Shown one piece after another: positions 1-11,900 of a DNA stretch of 64,000 nt (positions are counted from its first letter, which is position 1; every line of letters begins with the position of its first letter). Origin of the DNA: Macrostomum lignano. Its lineage: Eukaryota. The notes under the pieces were generated by a model, which worked only from the letters and a program-made list of their open reading frames with translations, was not told the origin of the DNA and ran no database searches. The DNA is taken from NCBI GenBank assembly GCA_002269645.1, contig NIVC01001325.1, positions 208,749-272,748 of the forward strand, in the 5' to 3' direction. The position numbers and the translations under genes are program-made.

Positions 1-3000
1 TGCGATTGGTTGTGATTGAACATCTGCGATTCTCAGGTCCGACGGGTTGCTAGCGCGAAGCGCGTCACGTTTGGATAAGCTGGTGGATTTTACGGTTGGG
101 CAAGGGAACGGATTCTGCAGATTGAAATTTGAATCGGCTCTTCAGAATCGCGGTTTTCATGGCTTGCAGGATAAAAGTTTGCAGAAAGCGATTTCTTGGG
201 CATTTAGTGGAGCCTTCGTCTGCGAAGTTGTCTAGAGGTCTCTCGAGTGTTTTCGTGAAGAGACTGCAGGTGCCCGTCTGAAGTTGATAAAACACATGCA
301 AGCTGATTTTACTTGTTTACGGGTAATATTTTTCCACCATCTTTGCCCAACCATTGCAGCTGAATAAACGGTATGCTACATACTTTCATATTGTAAAGGA
401 AAGATGGTGGATTCAGATTAAAGCGCGGAGGGTAAGCAATAAAGAGGCTCTCAAATGCTGGGAATGCTAAGGGAATGAAAAAGGAGTTTATCACGTGAAT
501 TCAGAGTGTCATTAAAATTAAAATTATTCTTTTCTATGAATCACATATGTAGTGCGTATTGAACTGGAAGCAACGCAGTCTGGCGCCGTTTTGAAATAGA
601 GAAAATGCCAGTTTCGTTCCAAGTTTTTTTCGAGTGTAAAACCGGGGGGGGGCATAGAAAATCCCGTTCCCGCGGTTCCCGCATAGAAAATGAAAGCCAT
701 ATTCTTAGTTTAAAATCAGTCTATTCTTCCACGTTATATTTATTGCTGAACCTATTATTTCTTTTTCTGTTATCCGCATGTGGTACGAAATTAATAATAA
801 TAGTAATACTACTACTAGCCTAAACTATTGTGTAGTCTCTCACAGAGCCTATTCTTTCGGTAGACACAGTTTGCTTTAGTAGGCCTTGCTCTTAGGCTCT
901 AGTCTTAGCTAAGTCTTACCTTATTTTTATGCTAATTTTGGATTTTATACAATATGATCGTTTAAACGACCGTCGGCATAGTTTATGCTCTGCTATGTGT
1001 TCTAGGCCTAGTTGTTTTAGAATTCAAAAGCAGCTCTGTGAAAAATATAGAACTAGAAGTTTAACACAGATTGCTTTTTGCAGCTTTGTTCTAGGCCTAT
1101 CTATGGCTCAAAAGTTACAAATGTGCTTTTATTTTAAAGTTCAAAAACATGATGGAACCCTCTTGTGGAATTACCCATTTATAGTTTTTTAACAATTCTA
1201 AATGATGATATAGAAAATTCTAGTCACTTTTGTCCATTCAAAGAGACAATTCTTTGTCCATAATTAGGCCTAGGGCCTAGAGAATCTCAGAAATCTTTTA
1301 GCATTGAAATTAGATTCAAAACACCAGGCCCTATTTCAATAGCTAGGGGCCTATTTGAATCGTTAGATTTTGAATCATGTATATATAGTAGCATTTAGAA
1401 TATACATTCATGAAGTCATGAAGTCTTGTCCTGTTATTGACAAATTTGCTTAGCTTGTTTTAACTGTTGACAAATTTGATTTCCTCCAATTTCTTAAATT
1501 TTAGATCTGTTGACAAATTAGATAGGTTGTTCGCAAATCTTGGGTGGAGCAAAAATTTTAACAATTTTCCGAACATTTAGGCCTACTATTGTTACTGCCA
1601 TATTGAAAATAATAGGACACTTTCATCTGTGAATAAAGATAATTTTTGGGTTGAAATTTATGTTACAAAAATGTTTTAAATTATCTTGCAGTATTAGGCG
1701 ATGAAAAAAATTCAAATTCAATCACTTCACCTATGTCCTAATTTTTGACACTATGATACAGTCTGTAACTTAAAAAAGTTGTTGTGTTGAAAACTTGCTA
1801 TATTACATAGAAACAAAAGCTTTTATAAATTTAATTTTAGAAAATGTTAAAAGACATAAACTGCACTATAAACAATTTTATAGACACTTAACTAAATGCC
1901 TAGCATTCCTGGTGGTACAGCCACTTAGCGTCTCACAAAATGTATTTTTTAGCTGATGCCTAGAATGAGTGCTTAAAATGATACATTTTGATACAGATTA
2001 TTACAAACATGTGTCATATAAAACCATACTTTGAAGCACAAGATAAATTTCCTATAACCACATTAGCATTCTTCATAGAGCACCTTTTTGAGCTGAAATT
2101 TTATATAGATATCCACTAAAGTGAAATGAGCAAATGATTTTTTTATTTTTGAAAATATTTCAATTTGGCTATATATCACTAGTTTATTTGACAAATTTAT
2201 TATATTTTTTTTGAAAATCCTTGTAACCAAGCTATAGAGGTACATGTTCAAAACTGGACCTTGAAATTTGATTTGAATGATCAGCTAATGTGTATCTTGA
2301 AATGATTTTTTGTTTTTATCAAGTCATTCTATGCTACTCTTTATTTGACTAGAAAGATACAATATATTTAGAGTCAATTAGAGAAGCATTTAGGCTTATT
2401 TAAGAGTCATTATAGTTCTAATTAGTCATCATAATATTTGTCAACTTGACAAAAATTAACTTCTAAAAGCCCTTATATATTTAAATTAAAACAACAGTGT
2501 GTTAATTTCTGGACCAATATTTTGAAGTAACTGACCTTATAAACCTTTATTCAAATGGGCCCGAAGCTAAAAAATGAATCAAGAGCTTATTGTGTGCTAT
2601 GTCTAAAAATTTTTTGACTCTCAAATTATACTAAATTAGTTAAATTAGTTGTTAAATTAAATTAAATCAACTTATTATTTATTAAATTAAATTAGTTTCA
2701 CTTTCTACTGCATTTAAATAGAGTACCTCTTCTATAATTATAGAAGTATTGTAAAAAGTTTTTTTGGTTTAATTCTGGCTTGCGTCCATTTTTTAGTTTT
2801 GATAGATAGTAAGTGTTGATTAATTGCTTTGTCACCTTTTGCCACTGGAAATAGCACATGTCGGACATGCAATACTCTTACTTCCCTGCATCCAAAGACT
2901 GCTTCTGCTTCTTCAATACTCAAAAACTGAGCTCATGGAGCTTCAGGTTATGCCATCAGAGTGCTGCTGCCAGTCTTGTATGTGTGTCTTTGGTGGGTAG

Positions 3001-3444
3001 GATCCCCTTCAGTTTTAGCTACTATGGTGGGCTAACTCGAGGAACTGTTGTTGTTGGTGCTGCAGGTGGCACTGCATAGTAGTATTGACACTTTCAGTGA
3101 TACTGGCAAGGCTTGGACAAAGCTTGTCATTGTCAGAAGGACATGCGTATGCTGCTAACCAGTGCACTCATTCGACCGGACATGTATCTAGTGCAGTCCA
3201 GTGGATTCACTGAGATTGTATGGATTCACTATGATTGTGTAGATCTGCCTCCTTGCATCACCTCAACCAGGCTCAATTTATTTTGTAGAATTTTTGTGCG
3301 CTGCTTAACTGCATCTTGTGCCTGCTGCCAAGTGATGCCAAGAATTGTGCCACACAATACATGTACATGTATTTGACTCATAGACCATATATGTATACAT
3401 ATAATATATGTGCACAGCACATGCACTATAAGTTCATTCATTAT

Positions 3445-3742
3445 CATACATGCGCAACCTCCAAAATTCGGTCGGCCGTGCGACTTAGTTTTAACAAAAA
3501 TGCGACGTAGTTTTTGGCCAAAAATGCGACTTACATGTAAAAAAACCCTAAAGCAAAATTAACGCAACTTTGGGTAAACGGCAGGAGTAACTATGACTGT
3601 TTTATTAAGCCAAAATGCCTCGTCAGCTACTTAGTACTACTACTTGGGTATTTTTTTAGGTGGACATTTTTGCGACTTCCTTGGTTGGCTGCCAAATCAG
3701 TCGGCCGGATCGGCCGACTCGGCCGACTGTTGCGCACGTATG
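3445..3742 (+). mobile_element. MITE copy 1 (~298 bp, non-autonomous DNA transposon) carrying a 28S rRNA-like segment
   Basis: 14-bp TIRs CATACATGCGCAAC ... GTTGCGCACGTATG (1 mismatch). Exact 9-bp direct repeat ATTCATTAT on both flanks (3436-3444, 3743-3751). Repeated subterminal TCGGCCG motifs. A second copy lies inverted at 4062-4361. Confidence 0.9.
3572..3635 (+). other. Degenerate 28S rRNA fragment (helix 69-71 region, R2/I-PpoI target) inside MITE copy 1
   Basis: GGGTAAACGGCAGGAGTAACTATGACTGTTTTATTAAGCCAAAATGCCTCGTCAGCTACTTAGT versus recalled eukaryotic 28S GGGTAAACGGCGGGAGTAACTATGACTCTCTTAAGGTAGCCAAATGCCTCGTCATCTAATTAGT: 52/64 identical, ungapped, hand count. Not a functional rRNA gene. 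Confidence 0.85.
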
Positions 3743-4061
3743 ATTCATTATTATATGTCATTGATAGAATTCCTATCACATGAGCTTTTGGTCAATGGAC
3801 AAACTTGAAATTACTAGAAAAGCTCCAGCCTTCTTTGAGCAGTGCGCTGCAAGCAAAATATGATTCCTTAGTGCAACCAATTATAAAAGTGTAGTACAGG
3901 CTATAGCCTGAAGTAGCCACATGTGTATAAGATGCTAAGGGATGATTTTTGCATAGGAGCTACTAATGTTGATAGAACTAGGGGAGGTGAGAGATTCAAA
4001 GCAAGGGACGTAAACCATGCATAGTTTGATCATAAGTTTGATTATTGCATGGGTTCTGGGG

Positions 4062-4361
4062 CATACATGCGCAACAGTCGGCCGAGTCGGCCGATCCGGC
4101 CGACCGATTTTGCGGCCAACCAAAGAAGTCGCAAAAATGGCCACCCGAAAAAACACCCAAGCAGTAGTACTAAGTAGCTGACGAGGCATTTTAGCTTAAT
4201 AAGACAGTCATAGTTACTCCTGCCGTTTACCCAAAGTTGCGGTAATTTTGCTTTAGGGTTTTTTTACATGTAAGTCGCATTTTTAGCCAAAAACTACGTC
4301 GCATTTTTTTGTTAAAACTAAGTCGCACGGCCGACCGAATTTTGGAGGTTGCGCATGTATG
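4062..4361 (-). mobile_element. MITE copy 2 (~300 bp), inverted relative to copy 1
   Basis: Reverse complement of 3445-3742 along its whole length with scattered substitutions. Perfect 14-bp TIRs CATACATGCGCAAC/GTTGCGCATGTATG. Flanking direct repeat TTCTGGGG (4054-4061, 4362-4369). Confidence 0.9.
4169..4232 (-). other. Degenerate 28S rRNA fragment inside MITE copy 2
   Basis: Reverse complement reads GGGTAAACGGCAGGAGTAACTATGACTGTCTTATTAAGCTAAAATGCCTCGTCAGCTACTTAGT, the same 28S segment as in copy 1. Confidence 0.85.
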
Positions 4362-7080
4362 TTCTGGGGACGCAATGAGAGGCAGACGAGAGCTCACTTT
4401 TGATCATCAAAGGCTTGGGCGCCATTGCTACTGGTGTTTTAGTGTGCGCATTATGTCTCCTTATCATATTAAATGTGCATTTGCAGTGTCTTTCTTCATT
4501 TAATGTGAAATATTTTCACAAATTTTGCCTACATTTTTGTTTGTCTCTGTTTCTGCATGCTCATTTGCATTTTTACATCTCATACAACCTCATTTTTCTC
4601 AATTAACAAGTGGAATTTTCTTAAAGACTAATTGTTGTTTTAGTTAAGCCAGTAGATTTTTAGTAATTAATAGAGATTTAGTATATTGTACAATAATATT
4701 TAATATTGTCTAATTTTTCCAAAAAAATCCAATTTATTGAATTAATTGAAATCAATTTGAATTATTTCAATTTAATTTGATTTAAATTTATAATAAGTAA
4801 CTATAATTTTCAATTTTAAGTACTTATAGCCTTATTATAAGTATTAATGTAATAAGTAACTTAATTAAAATAAAATCAAGCAAGTTATAGTTTTCAAAAG
4901 TTACTGCAAATCAAATATTTATACTAGTGTCCAAATTCCTCTATAAAAGAGTATTTAGTCGATATGAAGTCTATAATGTGCATTTTTGTTGTTGAAGGAT
5001 AGTTCTTGATTTATTCTATTATTAGTTCCATTTTATTCTATTGTATTCAATGTAAAAATGAAGAATTCTATTCAACATAAAAATGAACATTATTTTATTG
5101 GTCAAATCATCTTGACTTTCAAAAGATATGTATTGTAAACTGTATTTCTAAATTCAACCTTTTTAAGATGTAAGAATTCTTAATTCAGTGAGTAAGTTAA
5201 ATTGATCAAAGTCCATTTGAGTGAATGCTAAATAATTTCGCACTTTGATTTCTTGCACATGATAAATTTAAATGTCTAGGATTTAGAGCAGAGAAACGAA
5301 ATATTGTGCTCAAAAACATTTCCTTTGTCGATTTCTTGTTCTTTTATTATTGCAAAAGAAATGAAAATGCATATTTTAAATAAAAATTAATAGAAATTTT
5401 TTAAAATATTTTTGTCATTTTTTAATTTATTTTATTTATTATTTATTAATATTTATACTATTATTTATTTATCATTTATTTGTCAGTAACAAAGATTAAC
5501 AAATCGATTGATTTCTTCTCATACTTAAGTTTTCTTGTGGTTTTAGTAGCAGATACTTATAGAAATTGTCAAAAGAACAATTATTTTTTGTACAATTATT
5601 GGTCTATGTACAAACTTCTTTTTCAACAACAAAAAGTTGTGACCTATCTTTGAGAATGACCCAGATGTTGACAAATTTGGTTTAACCCATTGTTTAATAG
5701 TTCTTTAATAGTTCCTTAGTACAATAAGGTCCTTTATTGTTGCAACTGCAAAAAAGGTGGCATACCATTGGGGTATGTTTTTTCCCATAGACAAGAGGCA
5801 TTTTTTCCAGTGTACCATGCTATACTATCCAAACACTAGCTTCTCAGTACCTTGAAATAATTTATACAAATCAAATAAAAAAGCACATTATCTTAAGAAC
5901 TAATTTCTTCTGTTTTATAAATCACCTTATTCAAGTAAAATTTTCATAGACAAAGATGTTCCTTATAAATCCCTTTTTTCTTAAAGTAACATAAGGACAA
6001 AACAAAATAAAGCCTTCACAAAAATAATAGGCATTCCTCTAAATAGAAAGCATCTCCTAGATACCAAATGTCCTCCAAATAGCAAGCATTTCCAGATGGC
6101 AAGCAAACCTATATAGCAAACATCCCTTAGATAGCAAGTATCCCACAGATAGCAAGTGGCTAATGCAACAATTTTCTGAGCTAGTGCAATAATTCTTTTT
6201 GCATATAGTGCAATAATTATTTTTAATCAAGTGCTTCATTTGATATTGCGCTATCACTATGCAATATAAAAAACAATGTTGCACCCTAAGAGTTATGGCA
6301 ATGGTTGTGGCTATTATATTATACTTTAAAATTTTTGGCTATGGCCCTTTGCTTAAGTCCCGTCCCCATTTTCATAAAATTTGCCTAAAAATAAGATATA
6401 CCATCCAATAATTTTGAATTAAAAAATGGGGCTTCACCTTGGCTAATGAATGCCTAGACCTAAGTATCTAGATTACAAATGCAAATGTTAGTGTTGCATC
6501 AATAGGATCTTAGATATAGTTATAGCCAATGTTAAGGTTGCAGAAGTCATAGACTTCTATGTATAGTAGCTATTTAGGATTTTTAGTTTGAAAAATTCAC
6601 CAAAGTTTGTGTTTATCTAGTTCAGTCATAATATTTTATAATGCTATCAACCAGGAAATTTATAATTTAAATAGCAAACTCAACTATCTAAGTTAGAAAA
6701 ATATTAAATTGCAGACTCATCAAGTTATTTTAGATATCTGTTATCTTGGTATATAGACCTATAGTATATAGCTAAATAAGAGTCTTTGGAAAAAGCTATC
6801 ACAAGCTAATATATCTTCATAGTTGTAGCTAAGGGAGCGCATATCTGTAGCTGTGGATGTAGTTCTGATAATGCACTAGTTTTTAGTGTATTTGTGTCTA
6901 GTGATAGACATCAATAGAGACAGCATAGGACCTACACCAAGCAAGCTAGAGGCAATCACCCCCAAAGGTATAGAAAATCTCACTGATTAATCATTGATCA
7001 TCATGATAAAAACAGCACTAAAACCAACATCCTATAATCTATGCAACTTCAAGCCTGCAATAACAATTATTCCCCAGCAA

Positions 7081-7767
7081 ATGTCGGCACTCATTGACAA
7101 GTCAGTCTGTGTGCGGCTAACTCCAGCTTTGCTGGCCTTCCTGCGCAATGCCGCCACAGCACCGGATGGCCAGCTGACCGCAGACTGTCTCAGCAGTATT
7201 AGACGCATCCTAGATAGTGTCGAAAGCGACAATGAAGCCAGCAGCTGCGGCGTCAGTTTCGCTCTGATTAAATCGGTGCGCGACTGTCTGGCGTCGAATG
7301 CCAAACAGTCGCCGCCGCCGCCTCCGCTGTGGCGTCTGCTAGTCGGCAGCGAATTGCTGCTGCCTAAGCCGCCTGATCGGCCTCCGAATCCGGAGCTGGC
7401 AGCCCGGCTGGAGCGACTGCGAGCCGAGCAGGCGCAGCGCGAATACGATCGAATGACCGCCGATGTTCGCTCGACGCCGCTGGGCAGTTCGTATCGTAAT
7501 CGACAATTCCATGATGCTGACGACAGTCTTGGCAGCCAGTTGCGCATGGTGAACAGGCAGCTGGCTACTGTGGTTAATTTTCTATTGACAGTTGGGGCGG
7601 CGTTCGCTTTCGGTTACAAGGCCTGCGAATTGGCTAGCAGCGAGCGTTCGGCCCCATTGGTGTACAAAATGGCCGCAGGCTTGCTGCTGGCCGCCGTTGT
7701 GTTCTTTGCCGATTTGTACTTTGTTGTTAAGCTGGACTATTTGTCTGGAAAGAAGAAAGCTGATTGA
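7081..7767 (+). CDS. TMEM199: V-ATPase assembly factor Vma12/TMEM199 homologue, single coding exon, 228 aa
   Basis: Vma12-domain signature LLVGSELLLPKPPDRPPNPELAARLERLRAEQAQREYDRMTADV, then RQLATVVNFLLTVGAAFAFGY and a second TM helix (AGLLLAAVVFFADLYFVVK). C-terminal KKKAD fits a KKxx ER-retrieval motif. ATG at 7081 follows a CCCCAG acceptor-like site; the ORF-track TTG start at 6994 is unlikely. Confidence 0.9.
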   Translation: MSALIDKSVCVRLTPALLAFLRNAATAPDGQLTADCLSSIRRILDSVESDNEASSCGVSFALIKSVRDCLASNAKQSPPPPPLWRLLVGSELLLPKPPDRPPNPELAARLERLRAEQAQREYDRMTADVRSTPLGSSYRNRQFHDADDSLGSQLRMVNRQLATVVNFLLTVGAAFAFGYKACELASSERSAPLVYKMAAGLLLAAVVFFADLYFVVKLDYLSGKKKAD

Positions 7768-7829
7768 TAGGAGTTTACTTGACCGTCACAGCGTGTTTAG
7801 CGTTTAGAAGATGCCCATAGCTAAGAGTC

Positions 7830-8150
7830 TGAGCCATCTTTGAGTCTGACCCAATCTGAGAATCACCCCCGTGAGAGTCTGACCCAATCTGATAATCACC
7901 CCCGTGAGAGTCTGACCCAATCTGATAATCACCCCCGTGAGAGTCTGACCCAATCTGATAATCACCCCCGTGAGAGTCTGACCCAATCTGAGAATCACCC
8001 CCGTGAGAGCCTGACCCAATCTGAGAATCACCCCCGTGAGAGCCTGACCCAATCTGAGAATCACCCCGTGAGAGCCTGACCCAATCTGATAATCACCCCC
8101 GTGAGAGTCTGACCCAATCTGATAATCACCCGTGAGAGTCACACCTAATC
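7830..8150. repeat. 33-bp minisatellite (~9 copies)
   Basis: Unit GAGAGTCTGACCCAATCTGATAATCACCCCCGT; explains ORFs 7804-8142 and 7840-8079. Confidence 0.95.
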
Positions 8151-8930
8151 TGGGAATCGCCCATTAGTCTCAACAAATCTAAGAATTTCCACATTGATTC
8201 TCATGGTGAGAGTCTCATCCATCTTAAAAATCACCTTCACCTACTAGAGGTGTATTCTGGTTATCATTTTGACATTTATATATATTTATATTCTGGTGTA
8301 ATTGCTTGCCTGTAAATTATATAAAACAGTTATACAAGCTCCCTGGAAAACTTGTTGTTCGCTCTTTTTGTACTAGGTATCGTTTTTTCTGGTGTGATAA
8401 TTGTTGTAATTATGCATAATAAACCTTCTAGTTTGATTTATTTACTGTCTGTCATTATCTTTTGTTTTATTTCAATCGCAAAAATTAAAAAAGAAAGCTT
8501 TTATACAAGGGTCTTCACCTGCAATCGGCGATGCGGGAATTGACTTTTGGGAACAGCCAAAAATGTTTGCCGGTGCAAAATCAGGCGAGTATTATGGTTA
8601 CCTGGTTGCCGCATCTGGCTAGGTTGTCCTTGTAGGGAATCCACATAGCTGCAGATCATAGGCCATGACGTCATCAATGTTGGTCTTGGATTATTCCCCG
8701 TGTCTTTTACAAGCTTTCTTTCACCATAAGACGTCTGTGCTCTCGTCTGCTCTCTCCTTCAAGTGCTACAGTGAAAAACAGTGAACAGTTTTTACAAGAG
8801 CTGGTATATATGTTCGGAGTATGAGTGTGAATCCCCGCTATGAATAATAATTATCAGTATCATATGGAATTGCACCAGCTGTAGGGGCAATAACCATGGA
8901 AACCAATTGCTATTTGCAGCCAGGCCAGCA

Positions 8931-11900
8931 ATGGACGGCGGTCTGGACATTGACCCGGCGCTTGTCCGGCCGTCGAGGCACACTCTCTACCTGCGCGGCT
9001 TTCGGCCAAACGTCCGACCGGACGATATTCGTCGATACTTTGTCGATCGCGGCCACGCCTGCAGCCTGGTGTTTCAGGTCAATAAGCGAGGCGTGCTGAA
9101 CGTAGCGCTGCGTTTCGACTCGCACGAGGAAGCTGATCAGGTGCGCAAAACCTAACCTTGTGATTTATTACTTTTCTGTTGATTTTTGCGGCCTCCTAAA
9201 ACTGCTTAAAAGTTGTCTTTTTTGAAACAAAATAGTCAAATGAGACAAAATAGTCTCAAAAATCGATTCGTTTCAAAAATAAATTTCACCTTGTCCCCTA
9301 ATGGCCAGATGTGCAACCGACAGCTCAGCCGCAGCTATTGCGCGGCGCATCTGAAGGCTGCGTACGGCTGTTCAGTCCAAGGAGTGGGGGGTCGCCACAC
9401 ACACCCTCAATTACCCCAGCTAATGCTGGCACCCATTTTACAGCTGGGTGAACTGAAGCGATGCAGAGTTAAGTGTCTTGCTCAAGGCCACAAATTGTTC
9501 CAGTGGGATCGGGAATCGAACCCGCGACCTTCAAGTCATGAGTCCGACGCTCTGACCACTAGGCTGAAACCCTAAAATAAACAAAACTTCCAATTGTGAC
9601 AAACAAATTTGTAGATTTGAAGGAGATGAACGAAAGCACATTGAACGTGTCAGAGGAAACAAATGATATTTCATTCTGAGTCTGAGGGAATATCCCTTCT
9701 GAGTCTTTAGTCGTCAGAAGACATGTACACTCTGAGGCTTGGGGGCTGGCCCTCATGAGTGTCAATCGCTAGGCAACCCCTGAGGCTTGGGGGCTGGCCC
9801 TCATGAGTGTCAATCGCACGGCAACCCCTGAGGCTTGGGGGCTGGCCCTCATGAGTGTCAATCGCACGGCAACCCCTGAGGCTTGGGGGCTGGCCCTCAT
9901 GAGTGTCAATCGCACGGCAACCCCTGATCATTTTTGTACACAAGTCTCAAATTAATCTGGCCGCGCAACGAATCGAACCAACCGGGTGTCGTGGTGCGAG
10001 AGTCCGACAGGTTTCCCTAGTTACTATATACGTACAATGTCTTTTTCCTCAAGGACTACTAAAGTACATAGAAGATTCTCGTTTCTTGGAAACTTTTGAA
10101 GATAGAAGATGAGCTTTTGATCTGCTGCTAATGTAGCGACAGAGATGCTTATATTGATAGAGAGCTATCACTCATTTTAGTATATACGATGCTTTTTCTT
10201 ATCTCTCATCGTAGTATCCCGTCCATCTACTTGTGTTTGTTGTCCTTGCCTTTCCCTCTGAATTCTCTCAATCGGCACTTTTATTCACTCATTAAAAATT
10301 CCATCAAAACCGTAATCCCTGCCAGTTGTTGAAACGCTACGGCGACGGTCGCTTCAATATTCTCGGCTCTCGGCCTAGCATAGTTTGGTTCAAGGACTTG
10401 CAGGCGGCTAGGGAACGGGTGCGCAACGATCCCAATCTTCGGCGTCGCCTAGAACAGCGCGGCGTCTTGCCGCCTTCTTCGTCGAACTATTCGTCGGCTG
10501 TTCACTCGCTATCGTCAAACCTGGCAAACCGACTCGGCAGCGGCGCCGGTAGACAGCGGCGCGCCGGAGGCGGCGACTACGACAGCGGCTATCAGCGCGA
10601 CGAGCATCGGGACGAGTCGCCGCCGCCAGCTTCGCCAAAGTCTTCGCACTCTTCGCGTTCGCGATCTGTTCTCAGTGCCGGTGGCGGAAGCGAATCTAGG
10701 TAAGTCCATAAGCTCCTGCCCCTCACTGTACACTGGCCCCAGCCAACTTCTGCCCTCAATGTACACTGGCCCCAGCCAACTCCTGCCCTCAATGTACACT
10801 GGCCCCAGCCAACTTCTGCCCTCAATGTACACTGGCCCCAGCCAACTCCTGCACCTCACTGTACACTGGCCCCAGCCAACTTCTGCCCTCAATGTACACT
10901 GGCCCCAGCCAACTCCTGCCCTCAATGTACACTGGCCCCAGCCAACTTCTGCCCTCAATGTACACTGGCCCCAGCCAACTCCTGCACCTCACTGTACACT
11001 GGCCCCAGCCAACTCCTGCCCCTCACTGTACACTGGCCCCAGCCAACTTCTGCCCCTCACTGTACACTGTTCCCAGCAACTTCTGCCCCTCACTGTACAC
11101 TGGCCCCAGCCAACTCCTGCCCCTCACTGTACACTGGCCCCAGCCAACTTCTGCCCCTCACTGTACACTGGCCCCAGCCAACTTCTGCCCCTCACTGTAC
11201 ACTGGTCTCAGCCAACTTCTGCCCCTCACTGTACACTGGCCCCAGCCAACTTCTGCCCCTCACTGTACACTGGCCCCAGCCAGCTTCTGCCCCTCACTGT
11301 ACACTGGCCCCAGCCAACTTCTGCCCCTCACTGTACACTGGCCCCAGCCAACTTCTGCCCCTCACTGTACACTGGTCCCAGCCAACTTCTGCCCCTCACT
11401 GTACACTGGCCCCAGCCAACTTCTGCCCCTCACTGTACACTGGCCCCAGCCAACTTCTGCCCCTCACTGTACACTGGCCCCAGCCAACTTCTGCCCCTCA
11501 CTGTACACTGGCCCCAGCCAACTTCTGCCCCTCACTGTACACTGGCCCCAGCCAACTTCTGCCCCTCACTGTACACTGGCCCCAGCCAACTTCTGCCCCT
11601 CACTGTACACTGGCCCCAGCCAACTCCTGCCCCTCCGCAATGTGCACTAACGCAGATCGAAACATCGTCCAGTGCCGCCGTCAGCTCCCCTGCATAGGCG
11701 AGAGTCGCCGCCGTCGCCTATTTCGCCCTCGGCAAACGCTCGATCTCGTTCCCGTTCGCCGTTGCCTGAGCCGGAGGCGACAACAGCTACCGCCGCTGAA
11801 CTGGTTCGACGTCGGAAAGCCGACATTGAAGCGATGTATCGAAAGGATTGTGAGACATTCGCCACCGTAGTGAAGATGCTGCTGCGTCACGACCCCAGTC

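Noticed and set aside
47-494. Short ORFs at the window start, including a possible minus-strand exon after TTCAG near 278
   Set aside because: No recognisable homology; cannot be supported from this window alone.
2738-3447. Minus-strand peptide fragments (e.g. GITWQQAQDAVKQRTK) reminiscent of a non-LTR retrotransposon tail
   Set aside because: Too short and stop-interrupted, with no RT or endonuclease motifs nearby.
3572-3635. Functional rRNA gene
   Set aside because: Only ~64-90 nt of 28S similarity, mutated at invariant positions and embedded in a TIR element.
6994-7080. N-terminal extension of TMEM199 from the ORF-track TTG start
   Set aside because: Non-ATG start in AT-rich sequence; an acceptor and an ATG lie at 7077 and 7081.
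9505-9572. tRNA gene (A/B boxes, CAT anticodon-like loop)
   Set aside because: It is the head of a SINE: it continues into a shared body, and copy 2 has CAC at the same position.
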